Shown here piece after piece: positions 11,299 to 23,690 of a stretch of 64,000 nt of DNA. Positions within the stretch are counted from its first letter, which is position 1. Each line of letters begins with the position of its first letter. The position numbers and the translations under genes are program-made. The notes under the pieces are model-generated. The model saw nothing but the letters and a program-made list of their open reading frames with translations, had not been told where the DNA came from and made no database searches. The DNA comes from Felis catus (Eukaryota), in assembly GCF_018350175.1 (NCBI RefSeq), contig NC_058368.1, forward strand, positions 127,350,001 through 127,414,000, written 5' to 3'.

Positions 11299-12949
11299 GA
11301 ACTATCAGATAGCTAGCATGTACGTGGCTTAATTTAATTTTAATTAAAAAATTTCACTGTCTCCCATATTTCATATTTTAACATAAGTTAAATGATCAGG
11401 TCAATAGGTAATACCCCTTCCCTCTCATTTGTATGCCTGTGAATGGCAAGGGAGAATACTGTTAAATTTTTTTTAAATAGAGAAAAAAAATTCTCAGAGC
11501 AACTCCTTTTCTAAAGCAAGCACACTTTTACCTGTAAGTAGATGTATATAAAGCTATCTTGTTGACTTTATCATGTATTTGCTCTTAAATATCGTAGCAT
11601 CCCCTGAGTAAAACAAAAACAAAAACAAAAAAACAAAAAACAAAACATACTCATATGCACACATATACATATTTTAATGAATAGCTAAGACAAAGTCATG
11701 ATGATAAAACATGATGATAAACATTGTCTTGGCTGGAATAAAGCATTTATTAGTGAGAATAAAGGGTTCAAATGACCTAAATGAAGACAAAACACTCAGA
11801 AAAAGAAAATGGGACTGCTTTAACAGTTTGACCAGCTCCCAACCTGTCAGCCTTTAATCTACATTATGTATGACAGGGATTTTGTATTTCAAATAGAATT
11901 ATTAATCAGAAAATTAAAATTAATTATTAATCAGAACAGTTTTCCATGTAGTACATCAAAGAAGTAGGCTTAATTGTCTACCTAATAGATTACAGTAATG
12001 CAGGTGTTTAAAAGAATGCATCCGCAGAAATAATATTCTACATGCTTCTTAACATTTTCTAATTTGGTAACATTAATAAGATTTTACTATTCTAAATTTT
12101 GTTGAAGACACTTGCTCTCATTACTCTGAAGGTTAGTTGAAATTTATGTGTCTGCATGTTAATTTGTCTGACAACTTGTGGTTTCTCCAAAATAAAATAA
12201 CTTCAAACTTCCATTCATTACGGAGAGAATTTTGGGTAAATATTTAGAGTAGTTAATATATATGAGGTTTTTCTTCAGTTTTTGACAGCCATTTACTTGG
12301 ACATACACATATTCAGTAAATAAGATGCCCTCAACTTCTTTTTTGACATGACAAAAGAAACCTTCTAACATTCTAGTTTAAATATTTTATTTGAAAATGC
12401 ACTGCTACAACATCACTATAAAACTAAGGACAGTTGTGTGATAACCATAATTCTTTCTCAAAATAAGAATGCTTGTTTTACGCTTTAGCTGTTATATTTA
12501 CCTTTTCATTTTTCAGGTATGCTCACACCAAGCAACAAATCTATAGGAGATGTATTTACATTTTACTGTTACAGGGAGATGATCTGTGATGTAAATGAGG
12601 ATAAAAATATTTAAATTGGGGTTAGACCATTCTAGTTCATACATACATTCCATTATTGAAATAAAATACTGACTGAAAGGTCATATAAATGGTTAGTTGG
12701 TCAGCCAGTTTCATTGAGTAAACCAAATTGCTTTCCAGGGTTTCTTGCACAAAAATTCTGCACACTAAAATTCACTTAGCCCCTAAACCTGGTGGCAAAA
12801 CTGGTCCCCAATCACTAGGGGGACAATCAAGGACACAAAGAAAGTTCTTTGGTTTAAGTTTCGGCATGATAAAGCTTGGAAAACATTTATGAGGACAGAG
12901 TGGCCTAAGAGAAGAGCCCAGCTCACTTGTGCTCCAGACCTACCCTACA

Positions 12950-13905
12950 CTGCATTTCCAGCAGTATGTCATGGGCAACCACAGAATACTTGGGCTCACC
13001 ATGTCCAAATGGATGTATCATTTCACTCTAAAACCTGCCAGCTCTCCTGAGCCCTAAACTCAGTGAATAGCCCACTAGTTGCTCAAGGTGTCTCCCTCTC
13101 CCTCACTTCCGTACCTAATAAATCACCAGGTCCGAATGAATCCACTTTCTAACTAGCTATTTCTACATCTTTTTATCTGTCCGCATTCTCACCTTGCTGC
13201 TGATCCAAGCTAGAATATTTGTTGTCTGAATTATTACAACAGGGTCTCCACTGCTCTCCCTTCCTCTAGCACCATGCTTCTCAGCCTGTACAGAGTGCAG
13301 CCAAGTCCTACAACCTCAAAGGCTTTCCGTTTTGTTGGAATAAAGTCCTGAACTCAGCGTGGCTAAATCTTTATTTTATTTTATTTTATTTTATTTTATT
13401 TTATTTTATTTTATTTTATTTTATTTTGTTTTATTTATTTTTTCCTTTTCCCTGCATTCTTTACCAGTGTCATCCCTCTCTTCTCCAGAACCTGTACAGT
13501 CACCACCTGCCCCCCATCTCCACCAGATGGGGCTATGGTCAGTCACTTTGAGGGGACTAGGAACTCCCTGTATTTGGATTTTGCATTTGTTCTCAGTCTG
13601 CCCTTGCTTCATCCGGCTAATTTCTTCTCAGCCTGTAAATTCTAGTACCTCCGTCATGAACTCTTCCTGACCACCCCGGACCCATGCCCTCAAGTCCAGG
13701 AGAGCTGTTCTGGCCAATAGCATTGGCCTTATCTGAAAGTACTAGACTTCCTTGTTATTGTTTGTTTCCTCATCTAACTTTCCCATTGGACCTCTGGCTT
13801 CACAAGAACCATGGCTGTGTCTGTCTTGCTCACTTGTCCAGCCCTGTGCATTATAGTGAGAAATTCATGGTACATGTTACACAGATATTTGTGAAATGAA
13901 TGAAT
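12950..13905 (+). mobile_element. L2 fragment containing a (TTTTA)n microsatellite (~13370-13430)
   Basis: L2-like pyrimidine-rich motifs (catgtccaaa..ctcagtgaat..gaataaagtcc) ending tatttgtgaaatgaatgaat. Confidence 0.7.
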
Positions 13906-14592
13906 CTGAATGGAGTTACCTACGAAGGCTTCAGAGTTAAAATTTCTGTTTACGCCCTTAGCTGTCTGGTCAAAGTATGACAGGAAATAGTACACGGTAA
14001 TTAGCTGTCCACTTTTAAAAAGTTACGTTCCTGCCTCAAAGTTTCACTACTCTCCCCCCAACCCCCTCTAAAATCCAACAGCTAGCTAGATTTAAATCTC
14101 TTGGCCTTCTTGGAGGCTTGGTAAGAACTGTAGCAACCATCATTATATTTAAGAAAATTAAATTACTAATATCAGTCTACCCCTTTCTCCAAGAAAATGA
14201 AATTACTTCTCTACAGAATTAAAACACCATTTCCTTGAACTTGATGAAGCAGCCAATTTTCTTTTGTGTTTCCTGCCTCAAAAAAGAATATGTGTCTAGA
14301 CATAATATTAGTAAACTTTTTTTTTATGAGATACCCTTTCCATTAGAACAAACTCCATTATTTCCACACAACTACATAAAGAGCTCACTGTACCTCTTTG
14401 CTTCTTAATAAAAAAAAAAAAAAAAGAAAATTTAACTCATATCTCCAAACATAGAATTCTGCTTAAAAAACAAAACAACAACAACAACAACAAACCCATT
14501 GTGGATTTATATACCATGCTCCATATTTCTAAATATTATCATCATTCATCTGGAGAGGTGTCAAACCAGTTTGCCTTGTCATATTTTTATAG

Positions 14593-14775
14593 TAGCAGTT
14601 CTCAGACTTGAATACACATAGGAATCTCCTGGAGGGTTTTTTTAAATGCAGGTTTCTGGGAACACTCCCTCCAGGTTACTGACTCATTAGGCCTGAGACA
14701 GAACCAGAAAATCTGCATTTCTAACAACTTCCCAAGTGATTTTGAGGCAGCTGGTCTGAAGACCACACTTGGAGA
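14593..14775. mobile_element. MER5A/B-like DNA transposon
   Basis: gcagttctcagacttg..gaatctcctggaggg..aatctgcatttctaacaacttcccaagtgatt..gaccacactt. Confidence 0.8.
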
Positions 14776-14867
14776 TTTAACTTACACAAGGAACTTATGG
14801 TAGAGAAGCACATTGTGTCTCTTTGTAGTTGTATCATGGCATTTTGACACACACTATGCCATTCCCC

Positions 14868-15100
14868 TTTCTTTTATTTATTTTTTATTTTATTATTATT
14901 ATTATTTTTATTTTAGAGAGGGAGGGAGTGAGAGCGCATGAGTGCAGGAGGAGGGCAGAGGACCACAGAGAGAATCTTAAGCAGTCTCCAAGCTCAGTGC
15001 GGAGCCCAAGGCAGGGGCTCCATCCCATAACCCTGGGATCATGATCTGAGCTGAAATCAAGAGCAGGATGCTCAACTCACTGAGCCACCCAGGCGCCACC
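14868..15100 (-). mobile_element. Can-SINE
   Basis: T-rich tail, gagagaatcttaagcag, tgagccacccaggcgcc. Confidence 0.9.
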
Positions 15101-16041
15101 CCCCCACCCTTTTTAAATTTTTGGTCATCAGTATCCAAATCACTTTTGCTGTCTAAAAATGTGCAACATGTGCTCACTGCTGAAACTTAACCGCACAACG
15201 ACACATCACTTTCCTAAACAGAAGAGGCCTCTTTTTGCAAGCTTAAAAAAAGAAATGAAAAACAACCCAAAGTGAGGAAGTTTTATCTTCCACCACAAAC
15301 ATGTTTTGCCTCTGTTGTGATTCCTTTGTTCAGGAGCCAAGCTGGCAATTAAGCTGGCACAAGGAATAGGAGCCATGTGTTTAATATGATGACAGTATAG
15401 CCCTTGTAAGCCCTGCAACAATGAGAGCCCACATATAAACTCATCTGTAGTTCTAGTTCCTTCTCCCTTCTTGCTACCTACATGGTACTGCCCATTCTGA
15501 ATTCTCAGAACCACAAAGGTAGGGAAGATTTTTGATCCTGTCACATGCTACCCCATTTAAACTATTTTATAGCCTTAACTCATAGGAGCAACCTTAATTA
15601 ATCCTCTTTAAACCACAGAGCTAATTGTTAAGTCCATCAACAAAGTGGCACTTTGGAATCTCTTCACTGAGAAGGCTATTTCCATTACCTCTGTCTTCCT
15701 CTGCAATATCACCGTGCTGAGAAGAGCAAGTTGAAAAGCCTGTCTTGAGTTGAGCTTGTTAGGAAGGTTATTTTTGTCTTACAGACTTCTTTTATTTTAA
15801 TCTTCTTAAAATTTCTTACGAAGTTCTAATTCCCATCAGTTCTAGCATAAGCTGAGTGAAAGGGTATCAGGATTTAAAGAAAGTGATGCCCTTAGTAAGG
15901 GCCTCTGAAGAATCAGGCACACCGTGCTGTGACCATTACAAGGCACTATGTAAGTTCCTGCTCTTCTCAAAGCTTCTTTCACAGTGGGCATCTTTGTGTT
16001 GTTCACTGCTATATCCCTGTATTTTACAATGATGCCTTCAC

Positions 16042-16190
16042 GGGGTGCCTGGGTGGTGCAGTCAGTTAACTATCTAACTCTTGATCTCAGCTCAGGTCTC
16101 AATCTCAAGATCATGAGTTCGAGCCCCACATTGGGTTCCATGCTGGGCATAGAGCCTACTTAAAAAATAATAATAATAATAATAATTACA
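16042..16190 (+). mobile_element. Short Can-SINE inserted in an L2 3' remnant
   Basis: ggggtgcctgggtggtgcagtcagttaa..gagttcgagcccc..(AAT)n tail. Confidence 0.85.
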
Positions 16191-16543
16191 AACTTTTTAA
16201 AAATGAAATAAAATGAATAAAATGGTTCTGTATTCAAAAAGTGTCTAGTAACACATTTTTATTTTTCACTTTAAATTGTCTGTCAGTTTATAAATGGAAA
16301 GGAATTCCACATAGGACCCTCCCACCCTTTATGTAGGGAATACAGTTTTGGCTAAATACTTTCTCAGGTTTGTAGAAGGGCAGATATTTATTAGGAATAC
16401 AAATGCAATGATCATTTCTTTAACACCAATGGTGTCCTCAAAGCTTCTTCTTCATTTTGTAGCTATATTAGCTTATCTATCTTTACAGCCCATTCTACTC
16501 TCTATTTATTCACCCTCTCTGTGTTCATGAAAGAATGCAGCCA

Positions 16544-16699
16544 GGGGGTGCGTGGGTGGCTCAGTCAGTTGGCTGTCCACTCTAGAGATCAGCACAGGTC
16601 TTGATCCAAGGGTTGTGGGATCAAGCTGCGAGTTGGGCTCCAAGCTGAGTGTGGAGCTTGCTTGCAATTCTTTCTCTCCTTCTGCACGTTTCCCCAGCT

Positions 16700-16750
<51 letters not shown>

Positions 16751-16826
16751 CCTCCACCCCCTCTCTGTCTCTCTCTCTCTCTTTCCCCAACCCCAGAAGA
16801 AGAAGAAGAAGAAGAAGAAGAAGAAG

Positions 16827-16858
<32 letters not shown>

Positions 16859-16905
16859 AAAAAAAAAAAAAAAAAAAAAAAAAACAACAACAACAACAAC
16901 AAAGG
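16544..16905 (+). mobile_element. Can-SINE with compound microsatellite tail
   Basis: SINEC head, (CT)n, then (AGA)11(AAC)10 A27 (CAA)6. Confidence 0.9.
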
Positions 16906-19900
16906 AAACAAAAGAAAAAGATTCCAGCAGCCAGGGAGGAATCCATTACAAGAACATCAGCTACAACTAGGTCATGCTACTCAGATATTCAGATATGGAC
17001 CTAGACGTCAGCTTTGACTGCTGGCTCCTGAATCATCTACTCTTCTTTCCAGATTATTCAACCCTGAGGTCTGCTTCACAGACGCTAGACCTTGCGTCAG
17101 ACACCCAAATTGGGAGAGCCTCACACCGCAATGCTTTATTGCCCTTTCTAGCTTTGGATCTCCTGTAACCCAATACCACCTAAACCAAGCCAGGCTCTCT
17201 AATGCCCTTTGGATATTCTTCCTCTAACGAGTCACAAGTCCATTCTCCTGAATCTCTTCTAGCACCTAAGTTCTAATTTTTTTCCTGCAAGTTCTCATTT
17301 TTTCCCCCATTTCCTGTTGCTGGAATACCACCAAACCCCTCATGGACACCCTAAGTATTGGCAAGGTACAACGTTGCTGTCTAGACTTCACTTTCAGGGC
17401 CCACGGTATAGGAATGATCAGGCAGTCAGCATCCAACAAGCAGAGTGGACAGACAGGACAGCAATTGGGGTGGAGGGAGGTCATAGATGAGGCCCTACGT
17501 GCTCTTATTTCCAAAGAATAATGTAATTGGTGAATTCTCCTAACCAGCAAGGATCAAAGTGATGTATTATTTTAGCACTCCCACAAGAATTTACCTACGT
17601 CATTTCTGCACAGAATTTTATTTTATGGAAACGTTCCACACTTTTTAACATACTATATCACCTCCTCCTGCCAAGTAATTTCATAGTTTAAGAATTATAA
17701 AATGTACTCATCAAAAATTTGACAAACCATGTGTTATGTATTACGTGTTTATATATTTTAAAAATCCTGAACAAATCTCTCGAGATTCTTTTTAAAAACA
17801 ACCACCGGCACAGCGGGACAGAAACACAGAACAACTCATAGAAGACCAGCACCTGTCCTACAGGTCCAATACTTTGAAATTTTGTTGAAATACTTGGAAA
17901 ATTAGGGGTACAGTACATGAGAACAAAGGCAGGCTACAAGAGTCCCTTCTGCACAACACAGAAGCCTCAGAAATGAAAGGTCCAAACCTCTTCTAGAGAT
18001 AATAATCAATGGAGAAGAGCAGCCCCGAAAGCATTAATGCAATCGGTGTGCATGCTGCCAGCTACTTTACAATCCACGACAAGCCGCACCAAGTGAGAAC
18101 GCATCGTGTTTGCTCTTCGGATATAATAGAAAGGATGAAGGTGAACATGACCTGCTGAATCCGATCATGTTTGACTGAGGAGTGACAGAGGAGTTTTCTT
18201 CAATTAATTGCCGGCTGCATTACTTGAGCTAATGCCAGCTGGGCTTTCGTCATGAAGTGACACCAAAACAAATTATCCTGTACTCAGTGCTGGCTGGGAT
18301 GCAGGTAGTTTGTCCATCCACAGGCGAAGGAGGGAGAGGGGCAGGGGCTCTGCTACCTGAATTTTGGGAGCATATTTTGGCAACTGTTTCAAAAAATAAC
18401 AGAGTTCATGTTAATTACTAAAATGTCCAAATGGATCTGTTTAGGCTCAAATACATATTTGGATGACCAGATTCTTAGAAGGGATAAACCAAAGAGGAGA
18501 GAAGTGGCCTCACCAAGGTCATGCAGATTTCTTTTGCCATTAGTGAAATCCATATTCACATTCAAGTCACATGGTCAAGGGCAGGAAGAGGCAAAAAGGG
18601 TTTTATCGAGGACATCCATATGAGGGGATTCTTGAGGGGGTGAAAATGATGACTACAGTGACGTAAAAGAAATCCAGTATAAGAGTTAAAGGAGTCAAAG
18701 GCCAGCTAGTACATTCAGAAGAGATTAACAGGCCCAGCTGCTGGGACTTTTCTAGCGAGGTGCCTGTCCTGGTGGTCACAAGCCCATGTGTCTTCTGGCT
18801 GCCTAGACACATTCCTGTCTGTCTGGATGGAAGAGTGCCCACCCACAAGCCAGACCTTTTCATTACAGGAAAGTTTCTGAGGTTCCATGTGTCAGGCAAA
18901 CTTCACTTACCATCACTTCATGTAAACACCTCTTCTACGGAGATTTCTTACAGAAAAAAAAAAAAACCCACTTGAAAACATCTACCCAAAGAGGTGAAGG
19001 TCAGAATAACAGAAGCTACAGAGGAATCTAGGTATGGAATCTACAGACATAAAATAAGTGCTCCCAATGAGGAAGCAGTAGCAGCTTGACCTCTGAATTC
19101 TTTGCTATCTGTTTGCTCCCTCCGTTTTCAAACTGTAGCCCTGGAAATATAAACATGCTATTCTAAACATTCACAGGCCTGCGGCGGCAAAATGCCACAG
19201 GCCAGCTTCACAACTGGGGCATGCAGACCATAAATCCTGTGGTGGCAGGAGGGAGGTACGGAAATGGACATCACTGGTCAGCGCCCTGCACCAAAGAACA
19301 CTGGGCACAAGCAAGAGGCCACTGGCAGCCCATTCCAGGATTCTCTCATTCAACGAAGAAGGAATGACCTCAAGGATTGAATTACCCAGTTGACGCTGGT
19401 GCTACTCGTGCCAGGGGGCGAGAGTTACAAGACTGCCAAAGGCCAGAGTTGCTTTGGATTTCGGCAGAATCGTTTGGTCTCTATTGTGGTCATGTGCACT
19501 TCTATTCTGATATAGAATTTAGAGAAGGACTCGGGACAGTCCTCCCAGGATTTGACTCTATCTCTGTCACCAGGAGAGAGAAACCTATTTGGCCACATGA
19601 GACTGATGAGAAACAGCCTTTGTTACTGGCAACACTGAATGGAAAGTGTGAAACAAGAAAACCATCACTACTAGTTTCATTCAGAGCAACAGGCATCGAT
19701 GTCTACAACCACCTGGTTCAGTCAGTGGTTGGTTAGTCCAGGATACCCTAAGCCATTAACCAAAATTATCTTCAGAGTGGGTCCAGGGGGGAGGTGATCT
19801 GTTGGCAAGCAGATTTAACAACACCTTCTTCAACTGCCATACGTAGAGGCAATGGGCACCCCAAATGTAACTCCCTTCCAAGTCAGCAATTTTTAGCCAG

Positions 19901-20535
19901 AATACAGGCAAATTTCTAGGTATGAGTATTGCATGACATTGTTTCCCAAGTATTAGCTTACTTCTTTCTTATAACATGAAACGCTTTATTTTCCAGCTCC
20001 CTCTACATCACAACCAAATGTATAACTGGAACCAGAAAAATTCCGATCATTCCTGTTTAAGAACTTTGTTTTGTTTCTGTAATCTTTGGATGGAGCAGAG
20101 ACTCTATTTCTGGGATAATCCCTATACCTGGGATAAATGCTCCGTGTGGATGTATTAACAGACTCTCTGCCTAAAACGCAAACATATATAGTTCATGAAA
20201 CATGACCCTAGATAGTCTTAGTGCTATCATTCAGGGCCTGATCATTCCATCAGTGATTCATCATCTCCTCTATCCTCTATCATTTCCTTTTGATATTCTC
20301 TTTATCAAAAAAAAAAAAAAAAAAAGGAGTGAATGAAATGGAAAATGCAAAAAGCATGCCCCTGGCTTGATGCTAGATAACATTTATGCATTTTGTCTTC
20401 AAACCTAACCTTCTGAGGGTAATATCCAATTACATATGGAGCAAAAAAAAGCTCAGTTGCAGAGAGATCCACTAAAATATCACTTCCTCCAAGTTTCACC
20501 TGATGGAATGACCTGATTTAAGAGCTGTTCATATA

Positions 20536-20745
20536 GGAGCAACTGGGTGGCTCAGTCAGTTAAGTGTCTGACTCAATTTCAGCTCAGGTCATAATCTCAC
20601 AGGTTCATGAGTTGGAGCCCCACGTCAGACTCTGCATGCTAACCTCACAGAGCTTGCTTGGGATTCCCTGCCCCCTCTCTCTCTCTGCCCTTCCCCCACT
20701 CACTCTCTCTGTCTCCCTCCCTCCCACCCCAACACACACAAAAAA
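20536..20745 (+). mobile_element. Can-SINE
   Basis: ctgggtggctcagtcagttaag..tcagctcaggtcat..gcttgggattc. Confidence 0.88.
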
Positions 20746-21883
20746 GATGTTTAGGATGGCCAGATACCCTTGATCTATCCCATCATTCTTCTCATAAGCT
20801 CATTATTTACTGTCTTCCTTTTAAATGATGATTTCCTTGGAGGTAGGAACTGTGTCTTGCTCATCTTTTCACCCACAGTGCCCTGACACCTGATGCCAGA
20901 AGGAAGTGTAAGCCATGTGGCCAGTAAGCAAAAGCACTGGGCTTTCAATCTCGAAGTGTCTGATTATAACACCTACCAAGTAAAATATGTTGGAGTTTTA
21001 TCAGTTATGTTGCTCTGAGGTATTGAGGTATTGAGATGAGTTTATCCAGTTCATTCTAGATACTTCACCACCAAGACATTCTCAAGACATAAATGTTGAC
21101 AGAATTCAAGTGTCCAAGTTAGCTCTGTTTTCCAAAACCATAGGTAAATGGAAACTAAAGATTCAGGTAAGGGTCAGCCTTAAGGAAGGAAGAGGAGTCT
21201 TCAGTGAACATATGAATGAGTACTTACTTTGTTAAATTATAGGTTGGCTTTTCACCTGGATTACAGGAAAAAATACTCCACCATCAACTTTACTTTGAAG
21301 AAGTATATTGAGTAAAACCCCAAGTGTTCTCTGCATGAAAAATTCTAGTTTTTCCTTACTATACAAATTCATAATGTAAATATAATCGCAATGGCATTTC
21401 CTTTTACAGCATTATTTAAAAACACAAACCTTTGAAGAACAAGGATTTCAACAAAGTAAGTAAAATAGCTTTAAATCCCATGAAAAGAAACTGCAGGCAC
21501 AAAACCTGAGAAGGATTTTCAAGAACAGCTTTGGTGATGGAGCATAATATCAGCTTAAACAGCTTATATCAGCTTCCTTTCCAAACCCTGGCTTCCTGCT
21601 ACCCTCCTTATAACTAATGTTAATAATAAAAATACATTTAACAAAATGATAATAAAAATACATTTAACAAAAGATAATACAATAGGTAGAAAAACGTTGT
21701 TTGGCTTAAAATGTAACCAATTTAACTATGAAAAGGTCAGTTTAACTTCTCTATAAGCACAGTAGGTACCTTGCCCAGGGTTCTATTAGGAACCCAAGAA
21801 AATGTTTTAATATCTTTTAAAAAAATGAACATGATCCAGGTTAAATTATATTTGTTTTATACCAATGTAGTTATAAATTATAA

Positions 21884-22087
21884 CAGAGAGAGAGAGAGCA
21901 AGAGAGAGAGAGCACCAGAGTGCAAGTGGGGGAGGGGCAGAGAGAGGGGGAGATTCAGAATCCAAGGCAGGCTCCAGGCCCTGAGCTGTCAGCACAGAGC
22001 CTGATGTGGGGCTCGAACTCATGAGCCGTGAGATCACAACCTGAGCCAAAGTTGGATGCTTAATCTACTGAACCACCCAGGTGTCCC
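21884..22087 (-). mobile_element. Can-SINE
   Basis: (GA)n, gcaggctccagg..gtcagcacagagcc..ccacccaggtgtccc. Confidence 0.9.
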
Positions 22088-22337
22088 AATAATTTTTAGT
22101 ATTTTTTAATGGAAGAAGAGGCCCACAAATTCCAAGTGAATAGAGCCCACAAAAGTCAGAGTATGCCCCTTAGCTAGACTATTTTTAATCTGTATGAATT
22201 TTTTATAACATAATTATTTGTTGAGATGCCACGGACAAATTAATGTTGTTTGACTTTTATTTCTTCTCTCCACTATAAAAGCCAACCTCTCAAAAAACAT
22301 TAGAAATGCTTATCAATTGGATTGGATATAAGTAGGA

Positions 22338-22547
22338 TTTTTTAAAGTTTATTCATTTTGAGAGATAGAGAAAGCATGAGTGGGCCAGAGAGAGAAAGAG
22401 GGAGAGAAAGAATCCTAAGCAGGCTCTGCATTGTCAGCACAGAGCCCAATGCGGGGGTCAAACCCATGAACCAAGAGATCATGCATGACCTGAGCCGAAA
22501 GAAACCAAGGGTGAGACGCTTAACCTACTGAGCCACCCAGGCGCCCC
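22338..22547 (-). mobile_element. Can-SINE
   Basis: SINEC body; diverged TSD ggatataagtaggatttt / ggatatggataggatttt. Confidence 0.9.
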
Positions 22548-22759
22548 TGGATATGGATAGGATTTTAATAAATATCAGCCACAAATCCAATTCTATGGGG
22601 CCATGAAAGCAAAGGATTTCCTAATAAAGCCTTCCCTCTCCCTATCTCACATCTTTTATCTGGAAATCAACAACTTAGAAATAGTCACAATTTCATAGGT
22701 ATAAATCAAGATGAACTGCCAGAACACTGCACATTCCTCCAAAGGATGGAGCAGGCCTC

Positions 22760-23150
22760 CATGATCGGATGCACAGAGGCCTAGTCAGTCACATGGTTGG
22801 TCCAAGTCTGGCACCTAAATCCACTGCAAGTCAACTCTGAGTCTCTACTGGAATCACTGCAAAATATAGGCTCGCATGCCCCTGGAATTTCTCCAGGCAG
22901 AATTATGCCAGGTGTTGCCTTAGGTTTCTTTACTACCACATAGGGAAAACCTGAGAAAGACAGTAATGCAGAGGGGGAGAGAGAGAGAGACAGAGACTGA
23001 TGTCCTAATCACATTGACAGAAACAAATCCTAAACCCATGACAACCAGCTGCACTCCTTGGATTTCCCAGTTTCAAGATCCCATAAACTGCCTTTCTACT
23101 TGTTTAAATCAGTTGGAATTTAGTTTCTACTACTTGCAACTAACGTGGGA
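22760..23150 (+). mobile_element. Old MaLR LTR (MLT1J/K-like)
   Basis: 3' end ggatttcccagtt..ccataaa..ttgtttaaatcagttggaatttagtttctactacttgcaact. Confidence 0.6.
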
Positions 23151-23324
23151 GAAAACTCTAATACAATTATTTCACCATATGGATCTTTGTTCAGTGTTAA
23201 GGAATACAACAGAAATCTTGATGTGATGTAAATCTACTCTTGATACTTATCCCTCTCTTTGTTGCCTTTGTATCTAGATGACAATAGAAGAATACAATCG
23301 TTTGTGGCACCACTGAGGCAAATG

Positions 23325-23690
23325 CATCAGTTCATTCATAAATTCAACAAACGCTTACAGCACATCTATTATGTGCCAGGTAATCAATGAAGATTCACAG
23401 TTGGAAAAAAAACAGACATATGGCCTACTTTCATAAAATTTACAGTCGTGTGGAAAGGAGTGGTCACTTAACAAAGAGATGGACCATGTATACATATGTT
23501 GGAAAGCTACATGTGGCAAAAAGAAAAATAATGCAGGAAACAGAACACAGAATGTCTGGGTTTGATGATGGGTTTTGTATTGTTGTGTTGTTTTTTAGAT
23601 AGATAGGGAAGGTCTCATTAAGAAACTGATATATGAGCAAAGACCTCAAGAAAGAGAGTTAGTTCTTTACCGAGGAAGGTATGATTCTGG
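23325..23690 (-). mobile_element. L2 fragment
   Basis: ttcattcataaattcaacaaa..ctattatgtgccagg..agggaaggtctc..gagcaaagacct. Confidence 0.7.

Noticed and set aside
12812..12826. CTCF-like tcactagggggaca (similar at 41101)
   Set aside because: It lacks the conserved GGC end of the core and is too weak to call.
16506..17017. Six overlapping ORFs of up to 150 aa with poly-R/T/K/Q/E/N tracts
   Set aside because: They are stop-free by-products of the SINE (CT)n and triplet microsatellites.
19377..19736. 119-aa ORF in unique sequence
   Set aside because: Non-ATG start, no recognisable domain and no supporting splice structure.
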